The notes below the pieces were generated by a model that saw only the letters and a list, made by a program, of their open reading frames with translations, had not been told where the DNA came from and searched no databases. From Terriglobia bacterium (GTDB lineage: Bacteria; Acidobacteriota; Terriglobia; JAJPHL01; JAPKYU01), in the NCBI GenBank assembly GCA_965206645.1, contig CBDBKE010000002.1, positions 96,001 through 160,000 of the forward strand: a stretch of 64,000 bases of DNA, given 5' to 3'. This document shows, one piece after another, positions 56,646 through 64,000 of this stretch (within the stretch, counting starts at the first letter, position 1; every line of letters begins with the position of its first letter). The translations under genes were made by a program, and so were the position numbers.

Positions 56646-57067
56646 GAGGTGAAGTGCGGGCCGGGATCCTTGCCTTCCAGGTAGGCCTTCATACGATGTA
56701 TGAGTTCACCCCAGGTACTGTTGCACAAGGCGAAATAACCTGTTGTTGAACGCCAGTTGGCGTGGACGAAGTTGAGGATGGTAGTTCCCTCCTTCTGCGA
56801 GATTTCCCAGCTCAGGCGGGTCCCTTTCCACTCGTCGGGATCTCCCAGGCATTCCCAAACAACACGTTTCCCGGGTGTCAGCTCAACGATGCGCATGCGA
56901 AACAGAGTACTCCGATTGTTAAAGCCGAATTCGGCAGTGCTGCCGACCCGGGGCTCGGCTGCCAGGTCGACCGTCCACCAATTGCGCAGGCCTTCCGCCG
57001 TAGTGATGGCCTCGTAGACCTTCTCAGGCGGTGCATTGATCCAAATTTCGTGGTGTAGGTCCGGCAT
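56642..57067 (-). CDS. SRPBCC / AHSA1-like domain protein
   Basis: INAPPEKVYEAITTAEGLRNWW, EWKGT, CNSTWG. Confidence 0.88.
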   Translation of the reverse strand: MPDLHHEIWINAPPEKVYEAITTAEGLRNWWTVDLAAEPRVGSTAEFGFNNRSTLFRMRIVELTPGKRVVWECLGDPDEWKGTRLSWEISQKEGTTILNFVHANWRSTTGYFALCNSTWGELIHRMKAYLEGKDPGPHFTS

Positions 57068-57122
57068 CGGAATCTCCTTTCGCAGATGCTTCGATCGCGA
57101 AAACTAATAACGTCCCGACGGT

Positions 57123-57167
57123 CTTATTCAGCCGAGCCTTATTCAGTCGAGCCTTATTCAGCCGATC
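57123..57167. repeat. 15-bp tandem repeat x3 overlapping the kdsA stop
   Basis: cttattcagccgagc / cttattcagtcgagc / cttattcagccgatc. Confidence 0.9.
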
Positions 57168-57993
57168 TGGGCTTTGCGACAGCCCGGTGCACGGCCAGGA
57201 GTTTTTCCAGCAGCGGCTTGAGTTGGGACAAGGGCAGTTGCGTGGCCGGATCGGAAAGCGCAGCCTCCGGGTTGTCGTGGACCTCCATAAACAGGCCGTC
57301 GGCACCGGCGGCCACTCCCGCGGCGGCCAGCGGCTCGACAAACTCGCGCTGGCCGCCGCGGGAGTGGCCCCCGCCGCCGGGAAGCTGCAGCGAGTGGGTC
57401 GCGTCAAACACAACGGGATAGCCGAAGCCACGCAGGATGGCGAACGAACGCATGTCGACGACCAGATTGTTGTAGCCGAAGCAGGTGCCGCGCTCGGTGA
57501 CCAGGATGTTTTCATTGCCCGTGCTGGCAACCTTTTCGATGGCCCGCTCCATCTCCCCGGGTGAGAGGAACTGGCCCTTCTTGATGTTTACGGCGCGCCC
57601 AGAGCGGCCAGCGGCGAGCAAAAGATCGGTCTGCCGGCAGAGGAAGGCTGGGATTTGCAGCACATCAGCGACTTCAGCGGCGGCCGGCACCTGCCCTGGC
57701 TCGTGCACGTCGGTAAGAATGGGCACTTTTACCCTGCGCTTGATGTTCTCCAGGGCCCTGAGCCCTTCGCGCAGACCCGGACCGCGATAGGAGCCCAGGG
57801 AGGTCCGGTTGGCCTTGTCGTAGCTGCTCTTAAAAATGTACGGCAGCTTTAGCTCAGCGCACACGGCAGCGATCCGCTCAGCCAGGGAACTGGCATGAGC
57901 CTCCGACTCGATCACGCATGGGCCGGCAATGAGGAACGGCCCACGGTTGCCTCCCACACGCAGCGGACCGACGCTGACTTCTCGAAGGGTCAT
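57154..57993 (-). CDS. kdsA: 3-deoxy-8-phosphooctulonate (KDO8P) synthase
   Basis: IAGPCVIES, KSSYDKANRTS, QIPAFLCRQTDLL, NIKKGQF, FDATHS; start at ATG 57993 or 58011. Confidence 0.96.
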   Translation of the reverse strand: MTLREVSVGPLRVGGNRGPFLIAGPCVIESEAHASSLAERIAAVCAELKLPYIFKSSYDKANRTSLGSYRGPGLREGLRALENIKRRVKVPILTDVHEPGQVPAAAEVADVLQIPAFLCRQTDLLLAAGRSGRAVNIKKGQFLSPGEMERAIEKVASTGNENILVTERGTCFGYNNLVVDMRSFAILRGFGYPVVFDATHSLQLPGGGGHSRGGQREFVEPLAAAGVAAGADGLFMEVHDNPEAALSDPATQLPLSQLKPLLEKLLAVHRAVAKPRSAE

Positions 57994-58195
57994 GTTCAAG
58001 CTCGAAAGCATAGGCTACTACAGCCGAAGCGCTGGACTCGAACGATATCCTTCCTTGCGTTCCAAACGCAAAAAGCGGCCTTCCATTCCACCGGCAAGAA
58101 CCGGCCCGGGCGTTTCAGCGCCAAAAGTCGCCACGGGATGTCACCGGAGCCCGCCGGTGATGCTATTCTGGCCTACCGACCGAGAGGTGGTCCCG

Positions 58196-58414
58196 ATGGA
58201 GCCCGCAAAGCTAAAGTCAGCAAGGCCAGAGTCAGAGGAGGCTATCCGGCGGTTGCGCGACGACTTAGGGGCAGTCCGATCCTGCGCCCTTCTCATGGCT
58301 CACGCCCCGGCCGCAGATGTCCGCAGCCGCTACCTAAGGACTCTCAACAAGCGAATTGCTTCGATGGACGAGCGATTGGCACGGCTGGCGCGGAGGACCC
58401 AGTTGGTCAGTTAG
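58196..58414 (+). CDS. Small helical hypothetical protein (72 aa)
   Basis: GAGGTG RBS, ATG start, TGCTATTCT extended -10-like element; lies in the intergenic gap. Confidence 0.45.
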   Translation: MEPAKLKSARPESEEAIRRLRDDLGAVRSCALLMAHAPAADVRSRYLRTLNKRIASMDERLARLARRTQLVS

Positions 58415-58565
58415 AGGTGAGCGGCTCAGCCGCTGATGCACCTTACGTTGGTGCGACTTACGACGCCTTGACCGTAAGGGGAACGGTCGCCTCAGGGGCT
58501 CTTTCGCATCCGGTGTTGGCCGCCAGGACGCTACGTCGCGTGCCCTGGAGAAGGAAGGGGAAACG

Positions 58566-59651
58566 ATGCGGTGGTCATGGAAGTTAGGTGCAATCGCTGG
58601 CATCGGCATCTACGTGCACGCCACCTTTCTGCTGCTGCTGGCTTGGGTGGCGTTGATTCACTATCAGCAAGGCCGGAGTCTGGCCGCCGCGGCCAGTGGG
58701 TTGGTGTTCATCCTCACGCTGTTTGCCATCGTGGTCCTGCATGAGTTGGGGCATGCGCTGACCGCCCGGCGCTTTGGCATTGGAACGCGTGACATCACCC
58801 TGCTGCCCATCGGCGGAGTCGCACGGTTGGAGCGGATGCCCGAAGAGCCAGGGCAGGAGCTGCTGGTCGCGCTCGCAGGTCCCGCGGTCAACGTGGCGCT
58901 GGCCGCCGTGTTGTTTGTGATTCTCGTGAGCGTCGGCGGGTCGCCGGCGCTGCCGCCGATGACTGCGCTGGGCGGCTCATGGCTCGCCCGGCTGATGTGG
59001 GTCAACGTGGTGCTGGCGGTCTTTAACCTGCTACCCGCCTTCCCGATGGACGGCGGGCGAGTGCTGCGAGCCTTGCTGGCGATGAAGATGGACTACGTGC
59101 AGGCGACTCAGATCGCCGCCAACGTCGGGCAGGCCATGGCCTTGTTGTTTGGCTTCCTGGGCCTGTTCTTCAACCCGTTTCTGGTTTTCATTGCGCTGTT
59201 TGTCTGGATAGGTGCCGTTCAGGAATCGTCGATGGTGCAGATGCGGTCCGCCCTGGGTGGGATCCCCGTCAGCCAAGCTATGATCACCGACTTTCGCGCG
59301 CTCTCTCCTGATGATCCTTTATCGCGGGCTGTGGACCACGTCCTGGCGGGCTTTCAACAGGACTTTCCGGTGTTGGAAAGCGGGCAGCTGGTAGGGGTTC
59401 TGACTCGGGCCGATATGTTGAAGGGGCTGACGCAGCATGGACCTCATGCCTTAGTGGGTGATGTCATGCAGCGGCAGTTTGAGACCGCCGGACCTTTTGA
59501 GATGCTGGAGTCCGCCTTTGCACGCCTGCAAACCTGCGGCTGTCGTTCCCTGCCCGTCCTCCGAGGCGGCAGACTGGTGGGCGTCGTGACGATGGACAAC
59601 GTCAGCGAGTTGCTGATGGTTCAGGCGGCGCTTCGCAGCGGGCGACCCTGA
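58566..59651 (+). CDS. Site-2 protease (M50) with CBS domains
   Basis: [24 protein letters not shown], two C-terminal CBS repeats. Confidence 0.94.
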   Translation: MRWSWKLGAIAGIGIYVHATFLLLLAWVALIHYQQGRSLAAAASGLVFILTLFAIVVLHELGHALTARRFGIGTRDITLLPIGGVARLERMPEEPGQELLVALAGPAVNVALAAVLFVILVSVGGSPALPPMTALGGSWLARLMWVNVVLAVFNLLPAFPMDGGRVLRALLAMKMDYVQATQIAANVGQAMALLFGFLGLFFNPFLVFIALFVWIGAVQESSMVQMRSALGGIPVSQAMITDFRALSPDDPLSRAVDHVLAGFQQDFPVLESGQLVGVLTRADMLKGLTQHGPHALVGDVMQRQFETAGPFEMLESAFARLQTCGCRSLPVLRGGRLVGVVTMDNVSELLMVQAALRSGRP

Positions 59652-59660
59652 AGCCCTCTA

Positions 59661-59684
59661 GCGGCAGGCTTTTTAGCCTGCCGC
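59661..59684. terminator. Hairpin between convergent genes (terminator or REP-like)
   Basis: GCGGCAGGCT-TTTT-AGCCTGCCGC. Confidence 0.55.
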
Positions 59685-59724
59685 CACCAGCGCTGATGTC
59701 CCAAAAGGGGGACGCTACTTCACC

Positions 59725-60561
59725 TTACTTCACAGGGAGCGGTTGGGTGAGTGTGAAGTCCAGGCGGGATTCGGAGGGAATCTGGACCCGCTGGCCGCGG
59801 GTGGCAGCCTGCACCGCTGCGCCGGCGCCAGCGCCGGCAGTGGCCCCGATGGCCGCGCCTTTGCCGCCGCCGGCGATGGCGCCAATGATGGCGCCCAGCG
59901 CCGCCGTGCCTCCGACGACTTTGGCGGTCCGCTTACCGCGGGACCCACTGGCCACCTCGGCATAGCTGCTGGCCACGGCGTATTTAATCCCGCCGATGGT
60001 AATGTCGAAAAGCTTCAGCGCCACTTCATCCCGACCGGCAAACTTCCCCGATTGTTCGACGCGAACCACCTGCACGGTCACATCCGCGCCCCGCTCGACC
60101 ACGATCTTCTCGTCTACCACCAGCGGGTCGTCCAGGCTGGCCAGGAATTTTTCTCCTGCCCGCGTCACGTCGGAGTCAATGGAATCAATCATCTGGACGG
60201 TAACGACGGTGCCGACTGGCACCGAAACCGCTGTGCGCCAGCTTGGAGCTGCGGAAGCCGAGGGTCGGCGGGGTTGGGTCGGCCCGGAGGGCCGAAGCAC
60301 GACAGAGGAGCGCCGGCGGTCGGCGGGCCGCCCGGCGGTCGGCGCGGGAGCCTCTCCGAAAACGATGCTCCTGATTTCAGTGATGGAATAGACCTTCAGG
60401 ACGCCGTCTTTTCCCATGAACCGGACCTGGCGAGGGCTACCGTCCACAAAATCGCCTTCGATCGTGCGCCCGTCGCGGAGTCGCAGCGTGTCGGCGCGTA
60501 CCGCCGATACCGCAAGAACCAGCAGTGCCACAGACCAAAAACTGAATCGCACTTTCATCAC
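59725..60561 (-). CDS. Secreted hypothetical protein with glycine-zipper C-terminus
   Basis: Signal peptide, [36 protein letters not shown]. Confidence 0.8.
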   Translation of the reverse strand: MMKVRFSFWSVALLVLAVSAVRADTLRLRDGRTIEGDFVDGSPRQVRFMGKDGVLKVYSITEIRSIVFGEAPAPTAGRPADRRRSSVVLRPSGPTQPRRPSASAAPSWRTAVSVPVGTVVTVQMIDSIDSDVTRAGEKFLASLDDPLVVDEKIVVERGADVTVQVVRVEQSGKFAGRDEVALKLFDITIGGIKYAVASSYAEVASGSRGKRTAKVVGGTAALGAIIGAIAGGGKGAAIGATAGAGAGAAVQAATRGQRVQIPSESRLDFTLTQPLPVK

Positions 60562-60796
60562 AGCATCTCTCCTCTCCGGTGCCCAGCTTCAATTCTACCA
60601 TGTACGGTCAGGAATCGCGCCGATACGGGATACACGAGCAGGTGCGTGCTTGACCTCGATTCAGGTAATCGTTTCAGGAAATGGGTGAAGACAACGGGAA
60701 TGGCCGCGCCATCGGTCTCGGATGATTGAGCTCAGTGATTAAATAGGGAATAGCCACTCGATCGTTAAAAAAGCGCTTTCACTCGTCCAGCACGTC

Positions 60797-62503
60797 TTAT
60801 TGTGCTAGACGAGTGAAGTATTCCTTAGCCTTCCGGATTTCCTCCAGCAAGGCTGCGCGATTATTGAGGAGGAGGTCCAGTTCAACAATGTTTCCAATAT
60901 ATTCTCTGTCCAAACTCTCAATCTGATCCTCCGCCAACCGGGATTCGAAATCTTCCAGCCGGGCCAGCCAGGTACGAGCCGAAGCCTTAACCCGGGGTTG
61001 GGCCGAGAGAGGTGCACCTTTCAAGGTTAAATAAACCGGAGCCGAGTGAGCCTCCGACGTATGGCGCCTAGTGCCCTGGATATGGTTGCGCATGGGATCT
61101 ATCTCGCCCAGCTTGTTTCCATAAGCTCGAATAGCTAGCCAGGAGGACTCTCGAACATCGTGTTCAAACTGGAACCGGATCTCGGCCGCCCCCACTTTTC
61201 TCGGGAAGCTTCGCAACAACTGCCCATTTTCAATGACCTCAAGATGTTCCACGTCATCCCAGGTCGGATCAAAGCGCACCCGGCCTTCCAGCTGCACCGA
61301 GCCGCGCTGGCTCAGCTTCACTTCTTCCCCCATTCCCTTGCCATTGACTCGAAACTCAAGGATTGGCCCAGTGGTCACAAAGGTGTGGCCCTTGCGGACC
61401 CCCTCCAACCAATTCTTGTAGGTGAAAGGACCTTCCACTTTCGTATAGAATCGCTCGCGCCCAGGTATATTTGCTCTTGCGCACGGATAGTCCGTCCCGG
61501 CCGTCGGTGTCATGCGAAAACCCGCATTCAGAACGTCATACCAAAAATTGTAAATTCCCCGATTCCACTGCAACACTTCAATAAAGCTCACCAGGCCATG
61601 AGGCAGATCGATGCCGAGGCCGAAATTACCACCCACTTCATCGCCGCCGAAGTGAGCATAACCGCTGAGTGCTCCCTGACGCCGCGCCTCTTCAAAGAAC
61701 AATCGGTAAATCAGGTAATTCTTGGGAAAATGGATAGGCGAGCTCGCTCCCAGGATAATCGTGTGACCTCGAAAATCGGTGCGTGGATTTTCCTGGCCTG
61801 TGGCCAGGATGTAATTCCCCTCCTGATAGATGCTGTCGGGCCCATGGGCATACTGAGGAGTGCGGTTGAAACGTATGGAGAGTCCCATCTGCAGGAGATT
61901 CCCTACGTGCAGGTCTTCCGCTTGCATCATCTTGGAAATAAATGGGTCTAGTTCCTTTACGGGTCGGGCGATGTGGATGTGGTCGTCGGCACTGTACCAG
62001 CCCTGCTCTGGCATGTTGATCCAGCGCGACATATTCACCGTCAGCTGTGTGATCTTCCCTGGCCGGACGTCAATCTTCCGTGCCTGGATCTTGTATTCAA
62101 CACCCTTAAAGACTTTGAGCTTATAGGTCCCGGGCGCCAAGGAAATCACTGACTTCCCGACGCTGTAAAATTGGGTGGTCCCAGTGTAAGGGTTGTGGAC
62201 TTTTTTCTTTAACAGGGCCACCGCTCGTTCCAATGTCCATCCCGAGAGGTCTTCCTGGGGCGCATTACCGTAGTACAGTTCGCAGTCACCATCGACGGGT
62301 AAAGCGTCTCTGGCCACGTAGGCTTCGCCCTGCTTGTCGAGCAGTTCGACTCGGGCAGGAGTGGGTTGCCCGGAGTCAGCATCCAAGACGGTCAGGTGAA
62401 GTGACCCAGGTCTCGGATTCGGTTGTGCGAAGGCGGCGGGCGTACTCCAGATGACTAAGCCCACCATGATCTGAACCAGCGCGACAATGAATGCTGCTCT
62501 CAT
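60797..62503 (-). CDS. CehA/McbA-family (PHP-like) metallohydrolase
   Basis: GWYSADDHIH, GQENPR..GH, GYAH, AGTD, GHTFVTTGP, AHSAPVY. Confidence 0.82.
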   Translation of the reverse strand: MRAAFIVALVQIMVGLVIWSTPAAFAQPNPRPGSLHLTVLDADSGQPTPARVELLDKQGEAYVARDALPVDGDCELYYGNAPQEDLSGWTLERAVALLKKKVHNPYTGTTQFYSVGKSVISLAPGTYKLKVFKGVEYKIQARKIDVRPGKITQLTVNMSRWINMPEQGWYSADDHIHIARPVKELDPFISKMMQAEDLHVGNLLQMGLSIRFNRTPQYAHGPDSIYQEGNYILATGQENPRTDFRGHTIILGASSPIHFPKNYLIYRLFFEEARRQGALSGYAHFGGDEVGGNFGLGIDLPHGLVSFIEVLQWNRGIYNFWYDVLNAGFRMTPTAGTDYPCARANIPGRERFYTKVEGPFTYKNWLEGVRKGHTFVTTGPILEFRVNGKGMGEEVKLSQRGSVQLEGRVRFDPTWDDVEHLEVIENGQLLRSFPRKVGAAEIRFQFEHDVRESSWLAIRAYGNKLGEIDPMRNHIQGTRRHTSEAHSAPVYLTLKGAPLSAQPRVKASARTWLARLEDFESRLAEDQIESLDREYIGNIVELDLLLNNRAALLEEIRKAKEYFTRLAQ

Positions 62504-62575
62504 GCTGCAACTCCTCTCTTTCCTGACCTTGACAAACCGGCCAACCCTGACAAACCGGCGGAAGGAAGGTCCCGG

Positions 62576-62794
62576 CTATGTACTCGTCGCCTGAAGTGTA
62601 AAAATGGTCTCGCCGTAGGCCCGGCTCATCTGCCCGACAATGCGCCAAGTGAGACCATTGAGGTGGTAAGTCCCGCTATAGGAGTCATGCGCGGACGTGC
62701 CGTGCAGGCCGCGGAGCTGGTTCTGGGTCAGTTCCCGCGTGTCCCCGACTTTCCAGCTCTTCAGGACGTTCAAGCCGCCAAACGGGTTCGACAT
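62576..62794 (-). CDS. Small hypothetical protein (72 aa)
   Basis: Co-oriented ORF filling the gap, GC3-rich codons, protein-like composition. Confidence 0.5.
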   Translation of the reverse strand: MSNPFGGLNVLKSWKVGDTRELTQNQLRGLHGTSAHDSYSGTYHLNGLTWRIVGQMSRAYGETIFTLQATST

Positions 62795-62818
62795 GGCAGC
62801 CGAGTTTACCACACGAAG

Positions 62819-62880
62819 CCGTAGCGGCCGGTCTGTAGCGGCCGGACAGTCTGTAGCGGACAGTCTGTAGCGGACAGTCT
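62819..62880. repeat. 14-bp tandem repeat, about 4 units
   Basis: Units of ctgtagcggacagt with degenerate first copies. Confidence 0.85.
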
Positions 62881-62923
62881 CGTGCCGGGCTTGCTGCCAG
62901 CCTTGGCGGCTGGGGGCGCAGCA

Positions 62924-63856
62924 CTACAGCGACTTGAGGAAGGCCAGCAGGTCGGCTTTCTCTTGTTGCGTCAGATTTAACCGGCGAACGGCGGCATCCA
63001 ACTGGGGATTCGGCTCGCCGCCCCCGGCGTAGAACTCGATCACCTTCTCCAGAGTTGGGATGCTGCCGTCGTGCATGTAAGGGGGGCGGCGGGAAACCTC
63101 GTGCAAGGTAGAGGTCTTGAAGGCGCCGCCGCCGCGGCCCCGGTCGAAGACCGGCTGGCGGGCGGCGATTCCGGTGTTGTGGAACTGCTCGTCGGTAAAG
63201 TTCGGTTCCCAGTGGCAAGAGATGCAGCGCGCCTTGCCACGGAACAATCCAAAGCCGCGCTGGGCGGCCGGAGAGAGCGCTGTAGCGTCGCCATCCAGAA
63301 AGCGGTCAAGCGCGCTGGGGCCGGAGAGCAGCGAGCGCAGGAATGCGGCTAAGGCGTGGGCTACGTCGGCTGCATTTGCTTCCCGTCCGAACACGCGCAG
63401 GAACTCACCTGGGTATTCCGGATGGCGGCGGAGGCGGCGCTCCATCTCGTCCAGGCTCAGTCCCATCTCCTCGGGGTGCTGGATCGGCAGCAGGGCCAGC
63501 TCTTCCAGCGAAGCCACCCGGCCGTCCCAGAAGTACAAATCGCCGTAGGCGCGGTTCAGCAGGGTGGGCGGCCGACGCGTCGTCGAGACGCCGCCGATGC
63601 CGCGTCCGAAACGTTCCCGCACCGTGAAGCTGTAGTCGGGCCGGTGACAGTTAGCACAGGCCACGGTGCTGTCGGCAGACAGAAGACTGTCGGCAAACAG
63701 GCGCTCTCCCAGGGCTATCTTTTCCGGCGTCAGGGGATTATCGGGCAGTACGGGTACTGGCTGGAAGCCGACGGGCGGACGCAGCGGCCATCCGGGGTCC
63801 GGCGCGGCACCAGCCGCGCCGAACGCAAGCAACGCGAGCAGGATGCGGAGCAGCAC
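62924..63856 (-). CDS. Di-heme cytochrome c peroxidase (CCP/MauG family)
   Basis: LGERLF, CANCH, FWDGR, CISCH, PYMHDGS; GTG start after GGAGG. Confidence 0.9.
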   Translation of the reverse strand: MLLRILLALLAFGAAGAAPDPGWPLRPPVGFQPVPVLPDNPLTPEKIALGERLFADSLLSADSTVACANCHRPDYSFTVRERFGRGIGGVSTTRRPPTLLNRAYGDLYFWDGRVASLEELALLPIQHPEEMGLSLDEMERRLRRHPEYPGEFLRVFGREANAADVAHALAAFLRSLLSGPSALDRFLDGDATALSPAAQRGFGLFRGKARCISCHWEPNFTDEQFHNTGIAARQPVFDRGRGGGAFKTSTLHEVSRRPPYMHDGSIPTLEKVIEFYAGGGEPNPQLDAAVRRLNLTQQEKADLLAFLKSL

Positions 63857-64000
63857 TTCTCCCCCTCCCAAGAACCGGCCGGTGACTCCGACCTTTCCGC
63901 TATCGAGCTCTTAAGTTTACAAGACCAGGGGGAGAAGACAACCCTGCAACAAACCTCAGTAGGGTCAATTTGACCCATTGCCCCAACCGCTGGCTCGGCT

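Noticed and set aside
63962-63976. Perfect palindrome GGGTCAA-T-TTGACCC upstream of the peroxidase
   Set aside because: Plausible operator but single copy at the window edge; no regulator can be assigned.

Overview
GC-rich bacterial DNA, most likely Acidobacteriota (inferred from a Solibacter-type C-terminal-domain protein, a carboxypeptidase-regulatory-domain TonB receptor, CRTAC1/ASPIC-UnbV proteins and Tat-exported DUF1501s). The region is accessory and heavily remodelled. It holds four DUF1549/DUF1553 + DUF1501 gene pairs, sialidase-like genes, a CRTAC1-TPR x3-TonB receptor locus with 38 shuffled 42-aa repeats, gldA divergent from a cytochrome-c-fused PQQ dehydrogenase with the lanthanide-type Asp, kdsA and several other enzymes. 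Mobile DNA includes two IS1380-family copies, four orphan IS1380 right ends, one IS3 element, and two tRNAs, of which tRNA-Leu is flanked by two integrase remnants. The strongest non-obvious signal is integron machinery with no integrase in the window: two well-formed attC sites, one closing a complete promoter / attI-like site / heme-binding-protein cassette module, followed by an unannotated 31-aa membrane peptide with its own promoter. All family assignments are by motif recognition; no searches were run.
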